64,000 nucleotides of DNA from Octopus sinensis (Eukaryota), in the NCBI RefSeq assembly GCF_006345805.1, contig NW_021837038.1, positions 1 to 64,000 of the forward strand, written 5' to 3'. A model generated the notes under the pieces. The model made no database searches, was not told where the DNA came from, and worked only from the letters and a program-made list of their open reading frames with translations. This document shows positions 23,101 to 36,671 of the stretch, piece by piece; within the stretch, counting starts at the first letter, position 1, and each line of letters begins with the position of its first letter. A program made the position numbers and the translations under genes.

Positions 23101-25261
23101 AAAGAGACCGATAGAATAAGTACTGGGCTTACAAAGAATAAGTCCCAGGGTCGATTTGCTTGACTAAAGGCGGTGCTCCAGCATGGCCGCAGTCAAATAA
23201 CTGAAACAAGTAAAAGAATAAAAGAAAAAGAATAAAAAGAATATAGATTCTGTGCTATGTCAGATCTAGTTCTTAAGATGTGAATGTTGTGATGTTAACT
23301 CTACTTGTGAAGATCTGTTGAGGCAAGTGAGAATCAGAATCAAAATCGAAATCGATCAATATCAATGGAAATTGTAGCCAAGATACCAGTGCCGGTGGCA
23401 CGTAAGCGAACCATCCGAACATGGCCGTTGCCAGCCTTGCCTGGCCCCCATGCCAGTGGCACATAAAAAGCACCGTCCAACCGTGGCCATTTACCAGCCT
23501 CGTCTGGCACGTAAGCGAACCATCCGAATGTGGCCGTTGCCAGCCTTGCCTGGCCCCCATGCCAGTGGCACATAAAAAGCACCGTCCAACCGTGGCCATT
23601 TACCAGCCTCGTCTGGCACGTAAGCGAACCATCCGAATGTGGCCGTTGCCAGCCTTGACCGACCCCCATGCCAGTGGCACGTAAAAAGCATCGTCCAACC
23701 GTGGCCATTTACCAGCCTCGTCTGGCACGTAAGTGAACCATCCGAATGTGGCCGTTGCCAGCCTTGCCTGGCCCCCATGCCAGTGGCATGTAAAAAGCAC
23801 CGTCCAACCGTGGCCATTTACCAGCCTCGTCTGGCACGTAAGCGAACCATCCGAATGTGGCCGTTGCCAGCCTTGCCTGGCCCCCATGCCAGTGGCACGT
23901 AAAAAGCATCGTCCAACCATGGCCATTTACCAGCCTCGTCTGGCACGTAAGCGAACCATCCGAATGTGGCCGTTGCCAGCCTTGCCTGGCCCCCATGCCA
24001 GTGGCATGTAAAAAGCATCGTCCGACCGTGGTCATTTGCCAGCCTCGTCTGGCACCTGTGCCGGTGGTGTGTAAGCGAACCATCTGAACGTGGCCGTTGC
24101 CAGCCTTGCCTGGCCCCCGTGCCAGTGGCACGTAAAAAGCACTGTCCAACCATGGCTGTTTGCCAGCCTCGTCTGGCACCTGTGCCGGTGGCGCATAAGC
24201 GACCCATCCGAATGTGGCCATTGCCAGCCTTGCCTGGCCCCCGTGCCAGTGGCATGTAAAAAGCACCGTCCAACCGTGGCCGTTTGCCAGCCCCGTCTGG
24301 CACGTAAAAAGCACCCACTACACACACGGAGTGGTTGGCGTTAGGAAGGGCAGCCAGCCATAGAAACACTGCCAGATCACACTGGGCCTGGTGCAGCCTT
24401 CTGGTTTCCCAGACCCCAGTTGAACCGTCCAACCCATGCTAGCATGGAAAGCGGACGCTAAATGATGATGATGATTCTCCACCACATTAATATTCTAAGA
24501 CCTGAATAATAATAGACAATCCTTTTGCAAGCTGAGTTTGAAGCTGAGTCTGGTTTTGATTCTCGATAAAATTTATTTTTCTGGGGACAAAGACTTTTGT
24601 AAAAGGCAGGAATGTTACAAATTCATGCTGCTTCTTATTATCTCTCTATATATAAACGGCAGTTTGTCTGTGCGTGTTTCTGTGTGTCTGTTTTCTCGTA
24701 CCCTCACTCTGACCACGGCTTTCAACCGATTCTGATGAAACTTGACACACGCATAGCCCAATGTCATAATTCAAAACTAACGCAGCGAAAATTTTGAAAA
24801 GTTCCCCCAGTTCTGAAAAAAATCGATAAATTCGACATGGGGTCCAGAATCAGAAACCCAAACCACAGACCGTCTAGGGGACGCAACTCCACCTTTTTTA
24901 ACTCTCAAAAAAATTTACCATCATTTTTTTCCCATTTTTTTGCTATTTTTTGGCTATAACTCTCTAAAAATGCTTTATAGTTATTTCCCTTACAAACCTG
25001 AGCAACGCCGGACGATACTGCTAGTAAATATCTAAAAGAAGACTGAAAGTAGAAAATAAAGAAATATATAATGAGTATGATACTCCATGTAGCAGCAAAA
25101 GACACAAACAATATTTAAAATAGTTATAAAGTTTACTATGCCACAGTATGTGATTGAACAAGTTAATTTTGGTACAATCTTCAAGCCAGTAGATATGTAT
25201 ATTTTTAAAATCATTGCAAGAGTAAATATATGTGTGTGAATATATATATATATATACATAC

Positions 25262-25310
<49 letters not shown>

Positions 25311-25632
25311 GGTCCCGGGTTGAGTCGGGGTTAACCACAGTAAATAAGGTACTCATTACATAGCAGAGTAAATTAATTTATTTTATAGAAGGAGCTTCTA
25401 CAGGACTAGAACTGTTTCATTCAAAAGAAATCATCAGGAAGCTAGGTGACAAGAATAGTTTTGGCATTTATACATTTAGGCAGATTTAAAGTGGTGGGGG
25501 TGGTGGGGGACTCACCACCACTTTAAATCTGCCTAAATGTATAAATGCCAAAACTATTCTTGTCACCTAGCTTCCTGATGATTTCTTTTGAATGAAACAG
25601 TTCTAGTCCTGTAGAAGCTCCTTCTATAAAAT

Positions 25633-25677
<45 letters not shown>

Positions 25678-28600
25678 AATTAGAGAAAAACCACTGTTAT
25701 GCAATTCAAACAATGATAGACATAAACCAAGTCATAAATAAAAATATATTTTTTAAAACATATAGATAGATCACAAAAAGTACAAAAATGAATAATCAAT
25801 ATATAATACGTAAAAAAAAAACTACGTACGTTTCATGGCTATAATTAAATATGAATTACAATTAAATATAAATTTAATCGAAAATCAATTCAATTCAAAA
25901 TTATAGTTACTCTTCAGGTTAAGAATAATAACAATAATAGTTAAATAAATAAGCAATTACAATCAAGCAATATTCATTAAAAAAATAAAATAAGGATTTT
26001 TCTTATAGAAGAAACACCATTAACTAAATTTGAAACCTAAAACATTAGGACCAGTTGCCTACAATACATTTACCATATATATATATATCTATATTATTTT
26101 GTTTTAATAGGTTTAACCCATTTAAAAGGATTTAAGATTGAATATGATTTTGATGACAAAATCTGTAGAATCTTGGACTTTTCTGAATTTCTAAAGAACA
26201 AATCCATTAGTAATGTGAGTACAATTTCTGTCTTTAAAGAGTCTGTCCTAAGGTTAGCACAGCAGGCCGTCCTGCGAGCCATGAATTCACTTCATTTTCA
26301 TTATACATATTTACATATATTTTTATACATATTTATATTTATTTACTCTTTACTTTCTCTCTCTCTCTTTCACTTGTTTCAGTCATTTGACTGTGGCCAT
26401 GCTGGAGCACCGCCTTTAGTCGAGCAAATCGACCCCGGGACTTATTCTTTGTAAGCCCAGTACTTATTCTATCGGTCTCTTTTGCCGAACCGCTAAGTAA
26501 CGGGGACGTAAACACACCAGCATCAGATGTCAAGCAATGCTAGAGGGACAAATACAGATACACAAACATATACACATGCATAATATATATATCACGTGAT
26601 CACGTGACCGACCAGACCATCAGATGTTGTTATACAATGCGTTCGCATTGTTTTAGCCTTCGAATGACGCCACCCCGCTGGCTAAGCGAGCAGGCCAACA
26701 GAAGAAAGAGTGGTGAAAGAGTACAGCAGGGATCACCACCATCTCCTGCCGGAGCCTCGTGGAGCTTTTAGGTGTTTTCGCTCAATAAACACACACACAA
26801 CGCCCGGTCTGGGAATCGAAACCGCGATCCTGCGACCGCGAGTCCGCTGCCCTAACCACTAGGCCATTGCGCCTCCACAATATATACATATATATGACGG
26901 GCTTCTTTCAGTTTCCATCTACCAAATCCACTCACAAGGCTTTGGTTGGCCCTGGGCTATAGCAGAAGACACTTGCCCAAGATGCCACGCAGTGGGACTG
27001 AACCCAGAACCTTGTGGTTGGTTAGCAAGCTACTTACCACACAGCCACTCCTGCGCCTATATATATATATATACGATGGGCTTCTTTCAGTTTCCATCTA
27101 CCAAATCCACTCACAAGGCTTTGGTTGGCCCTGGGCTATAGCAGAAGACACTTGCCCAAGATGCCACGCAGTGGGACTGAACCCAGAACCTTGTGGTTGG
27201 TTAGCAAGCTACTTACCACACAGCCACTCCTGCGCCTATATATATATATACGATGGGCTTCTTTCAGTTTCCATCTACCAAATCCACTCACAAGGCTTTG
27301 GTTGGCCCTGGGCTATAGCAGAAGACACTTGCCCAAGATGCCACGCAGTGGGACTGAACCCAGAACCTTGTGGTTGGTTAGCAAGCTACTTACCACACAG
27401 CCACTCCTACAATTATTTTTCATATGTGTATATCTTTCTGAGGAGTTTTCTGATATTGATTTCCTAATATTAATAACGTGTGAAGGCAAGTGACTTAGTG
27501 GTTAGGGTGTCAGCATCATGATTGTAAGATTGTGGTTTCGATTCCTCGACTGGGCGACACGTTGTGTTCTTGAGCAAAACACTTCATTTCACATTGCCCC
27601 AGTCCACTCAGCTGGCAAAAATGAGTAACGCTGTGATGGACTGGCATCCTGTCCAGCTGGGGAACACATACGCCATTGAAACCAGGAAACCGGGCCCATG
27701 AGCCTGGCTAGGCTTTAAAAGGGTGCATTTATTATTTATTAATATTAATAATAATATATTATTAAAAAATTATATATGTATATAATTGCTCGTATTAAAT
27801 ATACAAATACTTTAATAGTATTAATACTTTGGAATATATTTAACTAAAGATTTATGGAATATTTTCGGTTTGACCGGCAGTTTTTTCACATAATTTTTGG
27901 TAACTAAAAAATTTTAAACTTTGTATACTGGTAGAATGTGTTTATAAAACATCTTTTTCTCTTGGCTTTACTGAGAAGATTCTATAGTCTGTAAGATATT
28001 TGTTGTCTTTTTTCTTCAATTTCTGCAATTTCAACCAATCAATGACATCCATTGAGGTGAAAAGCATTCTGTGCCGTATGAATATGTCCCTCGTTTAAGA
28101 AACAGATTGGGTTTATTTACATTTGTGAAGAAAAAGATACCCTTCCCCCTAACCCTAACCCTAAAACATTGAAATGCAATAGATCGATACTAAGGTCATA
28201 ATTATGGGTGACAATTTCATATGACACCGCTAGAAAAAACTGGCGTTCAAACCGAAAAGATCCGATTTATGATATCTAAATTAATAGAAATGAGCCTATA
28301 AAGAATTCTTGTGGATGATTAGATTTAGACAATGAAAAATATATTAACCCTTTAGTGTTCGCATTATTATACCAAAATTGATCCTTTTTAATCCACATTG
28401 TTTTGAACTAATCATTCATTAATCTTGTAGCTCTGAGATTTCGATGAGGTAGCTGTTCATTTTTAAAACGATATTGTAGGGTTGGTGTGAGAGACCAGAT
28501 CTGGCCAGTTTGAACATAAAACAGGCAGAATACATTTGGCCGGATATGGGGGCCAGTTTAAATGCTAAAGGATTAAGGGGCAGGCATGACTGTGGCAAGC

Positions 28601-30430
28601 TGTTTGCCTCTCAGCCATATGGTTCCAGGTTCAGTTCCACTGCATGGCAGGTTTGGTAAGTGTCTTCTATACTCCTGGGTCAACCAAAGTCTTGAGTGGA
28701 TTTTTTTAGGAGGAAACTGAAGGAAGCCAGTTGTGTGTGTGTGTGTGTGTGTGTGTGATATCATCATCATCATCGTTTAACTTCCGCTTTCCATGCTAGC
28801 ATGGGTTGGATGATTTGACTGAAGACTGTTTGGAAATGAGTATCTCAGAATACTAGAAATTGAAGCCTTTTAGTTTTAACGTATTAACCCTTAAGTGTTC
28901 GCATTATTCTGACAAAATGAATCCTTTTTTTATCTACATTGCCTTGAACTAATCATGCATTATCTTGTAGCTATGAGATTTTGATGAGGTAGTTGTTAAT
29001 TTATAAAACGATATTGTAGGGTTGGTGTGAGAGACCAGATCTAGCCAGTTTGGACACAAAACAGGCAGAATACTTTTGGCCGGATATGGGGGCCGGTTTA
29101 AATGCTAAAGGGTTAAAATGATAAAAGATTAAAATAGCTGAATGTTTTTATTTTTTAAATATGATTAAAATTATCATAAAATTTGATTGAACTGATCAAT
29201 ATTTTGAATATTCTATTATTTTAGTAGAATTTAAAATAAAATTTCTTTGCAGTATGACTTTGAGTTTAATCTACATCCTGTAAGAATGAATAAAGAAATT
29301 TTGGTTCATCTTCATCCGTTGCCGGAATCTGGGAACAATTACCTGACTGCCAAAGTCGATACGTTCAGTAAGGAACCTAAAATTATTGTTTATTTAAAAA
29401 ATCTTGGAGGAAACTAGTGGTGGTGGTGGTGGCGGCTTTACCACCACCACCAAAACCACCACCACCACCACCACAACCACCACCACCACCACCACAACCA
29501 CCACCGAAACCACCACTACCGCCACCAACACCATCACCACCACCACCAAAACTACCACTACCGCCACCAACACCACCACCACCACCACCAAAACTACCAC
29601 CACCGAAACCACCACCACCACCACCACCACAACCACCACGACCAAAACCACTACCACCACCACCACTACCAAAACCACCACCACCAAAACCACCACCACT
29701 ACCACCAAAACCACCACCACCACCGCCACCACCACCAAAACCACCACCACCCCTAAATTTAGGTTAAATCTGTGTTTCTCAAAGGGGAGGCCTATGGGAC
29801 GGTCGGACAAGTTGTTCTGAGAGAATTTGGTTTAAATGTTTGACAACACAGCACCGTCCATTGGACGAGGGCCCGTTTTGCTCATCTTAATTATTTTCTT
29901 TCTCGCTTAAATTTAATTAAACCCCGTCCTAATTTAACGACATTTACTACCTGTGTAATGTTCATACTCACATAAATGGCTTTCCTTTACCTTTGCAGTG
30001 TGTCGCGAATGGGTAACCCCGATTGATTATAAATTAGAAGAAAACAAGTTAATTGTGGACTTTGAACAAGGACCTTCAAAGTGTGATATAAAACAATATA
30101 ATGTAGCGCTTCATAATACAAATTCAACCATTTTAATAAGTGCGGTTGTCAATTCTTCCCAGGTTTGTCAAATTTCGCCATTTTCGTGTTTTTTATATTC
30201 CTCTAATCTCTTTTACTCTCTTTTACTCTTTTACTTGTTTCAGTCATTTGACTGCGGCCATGCTGGAGCACCGCCTTTAAGTCGAGCAAATCGACCCCGG
30301 GACTTATTCTTTTGTAAGCCCGGTACTTATTCTATCGGTCTCTTTTTTGCCGAACCGCTAAGTGACGGGGACGTAAACACACCAGCATCGTTTGTCAAGC
30401 AATGCTAGGGGGACAAACACAGACACACAG

Positions 30431-30489
<59 letters not shown>

Positions 30490-30700
30490 ACATATATACG
30501 ACGGGCTTCTTTCAGTTTCCGTCTACCAAATCCACTCACAAGGCATTGGTCCGCCCGAGGTTAAAGCAGAAGACACTTGCCCAGTACTTATTCTATTGGT
30601 CTCTTTTTGCTGAACCGCTAAGTGACGGGGAGGTAAACACACCAGCATTGCATGTCAAGCAATGCTAGGGGGACAAACAAAGACACACAAACATATATAT

Positions 30701-30734
<34 letters not shown>

Positions 30735-32175
30735 CATATATACATATATACGACAGGCTTCTTTCAGTTTCCGTCTACCAAATCCACTGACAAGGCTTTG
30801 GTCGGCCCGAGGCTATAGTCGAAGACACTTGCCCAAGGTACCACGTAGTGGGATTGAACCCGGAACCATGTGGTTGGTAAGCAAGCTACTTACCACACAG
30901 CCACTCCTAAAAAGAGAAATTGTTTCTTTTTGAAGTCTTTATTTCCCTATTGTCATTAATATTATCCATTAATTAGTTTTAAGTAAAGCTTAATTACATA
31001 AAACTCATTTCCTTGCATCGTTATATTGATTTCTCCTGGTAAATTATTTTTGACTATATTGATGTTAATTATTTTGTAATCATCATCATCATCATCGTTT
31101 AACGTCCGTTCTCCATGCTACCATGGATTGGACGGTTCAAATGGGATCTGGGAAGCCAGAAGGCTGCACCAGGCTCCAGTCTGATCTGGCAGAGTTTCTA
31201 CAGCTGGATGCTCTTCCTTACGCCAACCACTCCGTGAGTGTAGTGGGTGCTCTTTACGTGCCACTGGCACAGGTGTCAGACGAGGCTGGCAATGGCCACG
31301 ATCAGATGGTGCTTTTTACGTGCCACCGGCACAGGTGCCAGACGAGGCTGGCAAACGGCCATGATCAGTTGGTGCTTTTTACGTGCCACCAGCATAGGTG
31401 CCAGACGAGACTGGCAATGGCCACGATCGGATAGTGCTTTTTACGTGCCACTGGCATAGGTGCCAGACGAGGCTGGCAAATGGCCACGATCGGATGGTGC
31501 TTTTTATGTGCCACCAGCACAGGTGCCAGACGAGGCTGGCAAACAGCCATGATCAGTTGGTGCTTTTTACATGCCACTGACACGGGGGGCCAGACGAGGC
31601 TGGCAAACAGCCACGATCAGTTGGTGCTTTTTACATGCCACCGACACGGGGGCCAGGTGAGGCTGGCACTGCTTTTTACGTGCCAGATGAGGCAGGCAAA
31701 CGGCCACGATCGGATGGTACTTTTTACGTGACACCACTAGAAAAAACTGCCGTTCAAACCGAAAAGATCCCAAAGATTTCCTGAAGATTATAGATTTACT
31801 TTGACAAATATTCAGACAACAAACAACATTGATCAAGCCCAGAATTCCTTTTAAATAATTCCTCACAATTCTATAAAAAAATTGTTTTTAAGATAGTTCT
31901 AAGGGGGTCATTTCCAAATGTGCAATAAAAGAAGTCTTCCGTAATGCCAATTAATCTATAGTGACTCTTTTACTCTTTTACCTGTCAGTTATTTGACTGC
32001 GGCCATACTGGAGCACCGCCTTTAGTCGAGCAAATCGACACCGGGACTTATTCTTTGTAAGCCCAGTACTTATTCTATCGGTCACTTTTGCAGAACTGCT
32101 AAGTTATGGGGTCGTAAACACACCAGCATCGGTTGTCAAGCAATGCTAGGAGGACAAACACAGACACACAAACAT

Positions 32176-32209
<34 letters not shown>

Positions 32210-33624
32210 TTGAGTAGTTGAATGAATTATCTTATTATTTATAGGCCAACTTTACAAATCGGGTTTTTTTTTTATCATTTTGTCATTTTCAGACAACCTC
32301 AAAATTAACCCATGAATTTCATAGAATATGTTCCGGAAACTACTACACAACTGTAAGTTATTCTTCATATATTGTTGCTTGCTTACTATGTTTTGCTAAA
32401 TTATTACATTTACAAAGAATTCTGTTAATCTGAAGATGGGGAATTTTCCGCTTCTTCCACGTTTTCTGATTCTCCGGACTTTTCACCAGCTATGTAATTT
32501 AAAAGAATAATTCGTTTCTTTCATGATAAACACTTCTACGCACACTTGCACATCTACTGCTATCAGTTCTTTACCAAATTAGGAGCAGGAGTGGCTGTGT
32601 GGAAAGTAGCTTGCTAACCAACCACATGGTTCCAGGTTCAGTCCTACTGCGTGGCACCTTGGGCGAGGGTCTTTGGTAGATGTTGTATATATACTTTTTT
32701 ACTTGTTTCAGTCATTTGACTGCGGCCATGCTGGAGCACCGCCTTTAGTCGAGCAAATCGACCCCGGGACTTATTCATTGTAAGCCCAGTACTTATTCTA
32801 TCGGTCTCTTTTGCCGAACCGCTAAGTGACGGGGACGTAAACACACCAGCATCGGTTGTCAAGCAATGCTAGGGGGACAAACACAGACACACAAACATAT
32901 ACACACACACTTATATACATACATATACATATATACGACAGGCTTCTTTCAGTTTCCGTCTACCAAATCTACTCACAAGGCATTGGTCAGCCAGGGGATA
33001 TAGCAGAAGACACTTGCCCAAGATGCCATGCAGTGGGACTGAACCCGGAACCATGTGGTTGGAAAGCAAGCTACTTACCACACAGCCACTCCTATACAAA
33101 ACTTTCACTTTTCAAAAATTCCAATTCTAAAGGGTCGAAACAAACCCGAGCAACGCTGGGCGATATTGCTAGTTATTAAATATAACCAATATTGCATAAT
33201 ATTGTAATAACGCCAGCAGGAGTGGCTGTGTGGTAAGAAGCTTGCTTACCAACCACATGGTTCCAGGTTCAGTCCCACTGCGTGACACCTTGGGCAAGTG
33301 TCTTCTACTATAGCCTCGGGCCGACCAATACCTTGTGAGTGGATTTGGTAGACGGAAACTGAAAGAATCCCGTTGTATATATGTATGTATATATATATAT
33401 ATATGTATGCGTGTGTGTGTTTGTGTGTCTGTGTTTGTCCCCCTAGCATTGCTTGACAACCGATGCTGGTGTGTTTACATCCCCGTCACTTAGCAGTTCG
33501 GCAAAAGTGACCGATAGAATAAGTACTGCATGGCATCATGGGCAAGTATCTTTTGCTATAGCCCCGGGCCGACCAATGCCTTGTGAGTGGATTTGGTAGA
33601 CAGAAACTGAAAGAAGCCTGTCGC

Positions 33625-33660
<36 letters not shown>

Positions 33661-36640
33661 GTTTGTGTGTCTGTGTTTGTCCCCCTAGCATCGCTTGACA
33701 ACCGATGCTGGTGTGTTTACGACCCCATAACTTAACAGTTCTGCAAAAGAGACCAATAGAATAAGTACTGGGCTTACAAAAGAATAAGTCCCGGGGTCGA
33801 TTTGCTCGACTAAAGGCAGTGCTCCAGCATGGCCGCAGTCAAATGACGGACACAAGTAAAAGAGTAAAAGAGTAACTATAGATTAATTGGCATTCTGTTA
33901 GACTTCTTTTATTGCACATTTGGAAATGACCCCCTTAGAACTACCTTAAAAACTATTTTTTTATAGAATTGTGAGGAATTATTTAAAAGGAATTCTGGGC
34001 TTGATCAATGTTGTTTGTTCTCTAACAAAGTATTTTCTTTATTCTGTTGTCTGGAGAAGCAGAATTTTAAGACTACAGCAATTAGCATTTGTTAGTTAGG
34101 GTGACCGTCATCCCTTATTTCTTTACTACCTACAGAGGGGACGAACAAGGATAGACAAACGAATTAAGTCGATTACATCAACCCCAGTGCGTAACTGGTA
34201 CTTAATTTATAGACCTCGAAAGGATGAAAGGCAAAGTTTCAGTCATTTGAGTGCAGCCATGCTGGAGCACCGCCTTTAGTCAAGTAAATCGTCCCCAGGA
34301 CTTATTCTTTGTAAGCCTAGTTCTTATTCTATCAGTCTCTTATGCCGAACCACTAAGTTACAGGAACGTAAACACACCAGCATCGGTTGTCAAGCAATGC
34401 TAGAGGGACAAACACAGACACACAAACATATACACACACATACATACATATAAATCGTTAGCCACTACACACATTTTTTTTCTCTCCTTGTTTTTTCTGT
34501 GTCCCTTTCTGTAGAAGAGCACAGGCTCGAAACGTAAAAGACTTTTACTATTCCTGAGCGTTATACTAATACATCTGTTAGCTTGTACACCACCTGTCTT
34601 CGTCTTTTGTTTTTTTCGTAAACTCTCCCTATATATTTATATACATATATACGATGGGCTTCTTTCAGTTTCCATCTACCAAATCCACTCACAAGGGTTT
34701 GGTCGGCCCGAGGCTATAGCAGAAGACACTTGCCCAAGGTGCCACGCAGTGGGACTGAACCCGGAACCATGTGGTTGGTAAGCAAGCTACTTACCACACA
34801 GCCACTCCTGCGCCTATATATATATATATATGATGGGCTTCTTTCAGTTTCCATCTACCAAATCCACTCACAAGGCATTGGTCAGCCCGAGGCTATAGCA
34901 GAAGACACTTGCCCAATGTGCCACGCAGTGGGACTGAACCCGGAACCATGTGGTTGGTAAGCAAGCTACTTACCACACAGCCACTCCTGCGCCTATATAT
35001 ATATATGATGGGCTTCTTTCAGTTTCCATCTACCAAATCCACTCACAAGGCATTGGTCAGCCCGGGGCTATAGCAGAAGACACACATGCCCAAGGTGCCA
35101 TGCAGTGGGACTGAACCCGGAACTATGTGTTGGTAAACAAGCTACCTACCACACAGCCACTCCTGCGCCTATATATATATATGATGGGCTTCTTTCAGTT
35201 TCCATCTACCAAATCCACTCACAAGGCATTGGTCAGCCCGGGGCTATAGCAGAAGACACACATGCCCAAGGTGCCATGCAGTGGGACTGAACCCGGAACC
35301 ATGTGGTTGGTAAACAAGCTACCTACCACACAGCCACTCCTGCGCCTATATATATATATGATGGGCTTCTTTCAGTTTCCATCTACCAAATCCACTCACA
35401 AGGCATTGGTCAGCCCGGGGCTATAGCAGAAGACACTAGCCCAAGCTGCCACGCAGTGGGACTGAACCCGGAACCATGTGGTTGGTAAACAAGCTACCTA
35501 CCACACAGCCACTCCTGCGCCTATATATATATATGATGGGCTTCTTTCAGTTTCCGTCTACCAAATCCACTCACAAGGCATTGGTCAGCCCGTGGCTATA
35601 GCAGAAGACACTTGCCCAAGCTGCCACGCAGTGGGACTGAACCCGGAACCATGTGGTTGGTAAACAAGCTACCTACCACACAGCCACCCCTGCGCCTATA
35701 TATATATGATGGGCTTCTTTCAGTTTCCATCTACCAAATCCACTCACAAGGCATTGGTCAGCCCGGGGCTATAGCAGAAGACACACATGCCCAAGGTGCC
35801 ATGCAGTGGGACTGAACCCGGAACCATGTGGTTGGTAAACAAGCTACCTACCACACAGCCACTCCTGCGCCTATATATATATATGATGGGCTTCTTTCAG
35901 TTTCCATCTACCAAATCCACTCACAAGGCATTGGTCAGCCCGTGGCTATAGCAGAAGACACTTGCCCAAGCTGTCACGCAGTGGGACTGAACCCGGAACC
36001 ATGTGGTTGGTAAACTAGCTACCTACCACACAGCCACCCCTGCGCCTATATATATATATGATGGGCTTCTTTCAGTTTCCATCTACCAAATCCACTCACA
36101 AGGCGTTGGTCAGCCCGGGGCTATAGCAGAAGACACTTGCCCAAGCTGCCACGCAGTGGGACTGAACCCGGAACCATGTGGTTGGTAAGCAAGCTACTTA
36201 CCACACAGCCGCTCCTGCTTGCTTATTTAAATATCTATTCAGTGTGTTTTTTGTAATTTTCTTAAAGGTTGAAATAATTGATGAATTTTGGAACGTTGAT
36301 GGGAAATGTATATGTAAGAACGAATATAGTAGATGTGGTGTCGACTGTATTCGGTCGAAAAGCACAGACTTTCAAAGTAAGTAAAACTAAAGCAATGACA
36401 AAGCAAAACCATTATTAAATTGCCGCTTATGAATTGTGTATTATACTATTTCACTTGTTTCAGCCATTTGACTGCGGCCATGCTGGAGCACCGCCTTTAG
36501 TCGATCAAATCGACCCCGGGACTTATTCCTTTTGTAAGCCCAGTACTTATTCTATCGGTCACTTTTGCAGAACTGTTAAGTTACGGGGACGTAAACACAC
36601 CGGCATCGGTTGTCAAGCAATGCTAGGGGAAGAAACACAG

Positions 36641-36671
<31 letters not shown>

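Noticed and set aside
29394-29820. Poly-Thr/Pro/Val ORFs
   Set aside because: Low-complexity tract open in multiple frames within a well-defined intron.
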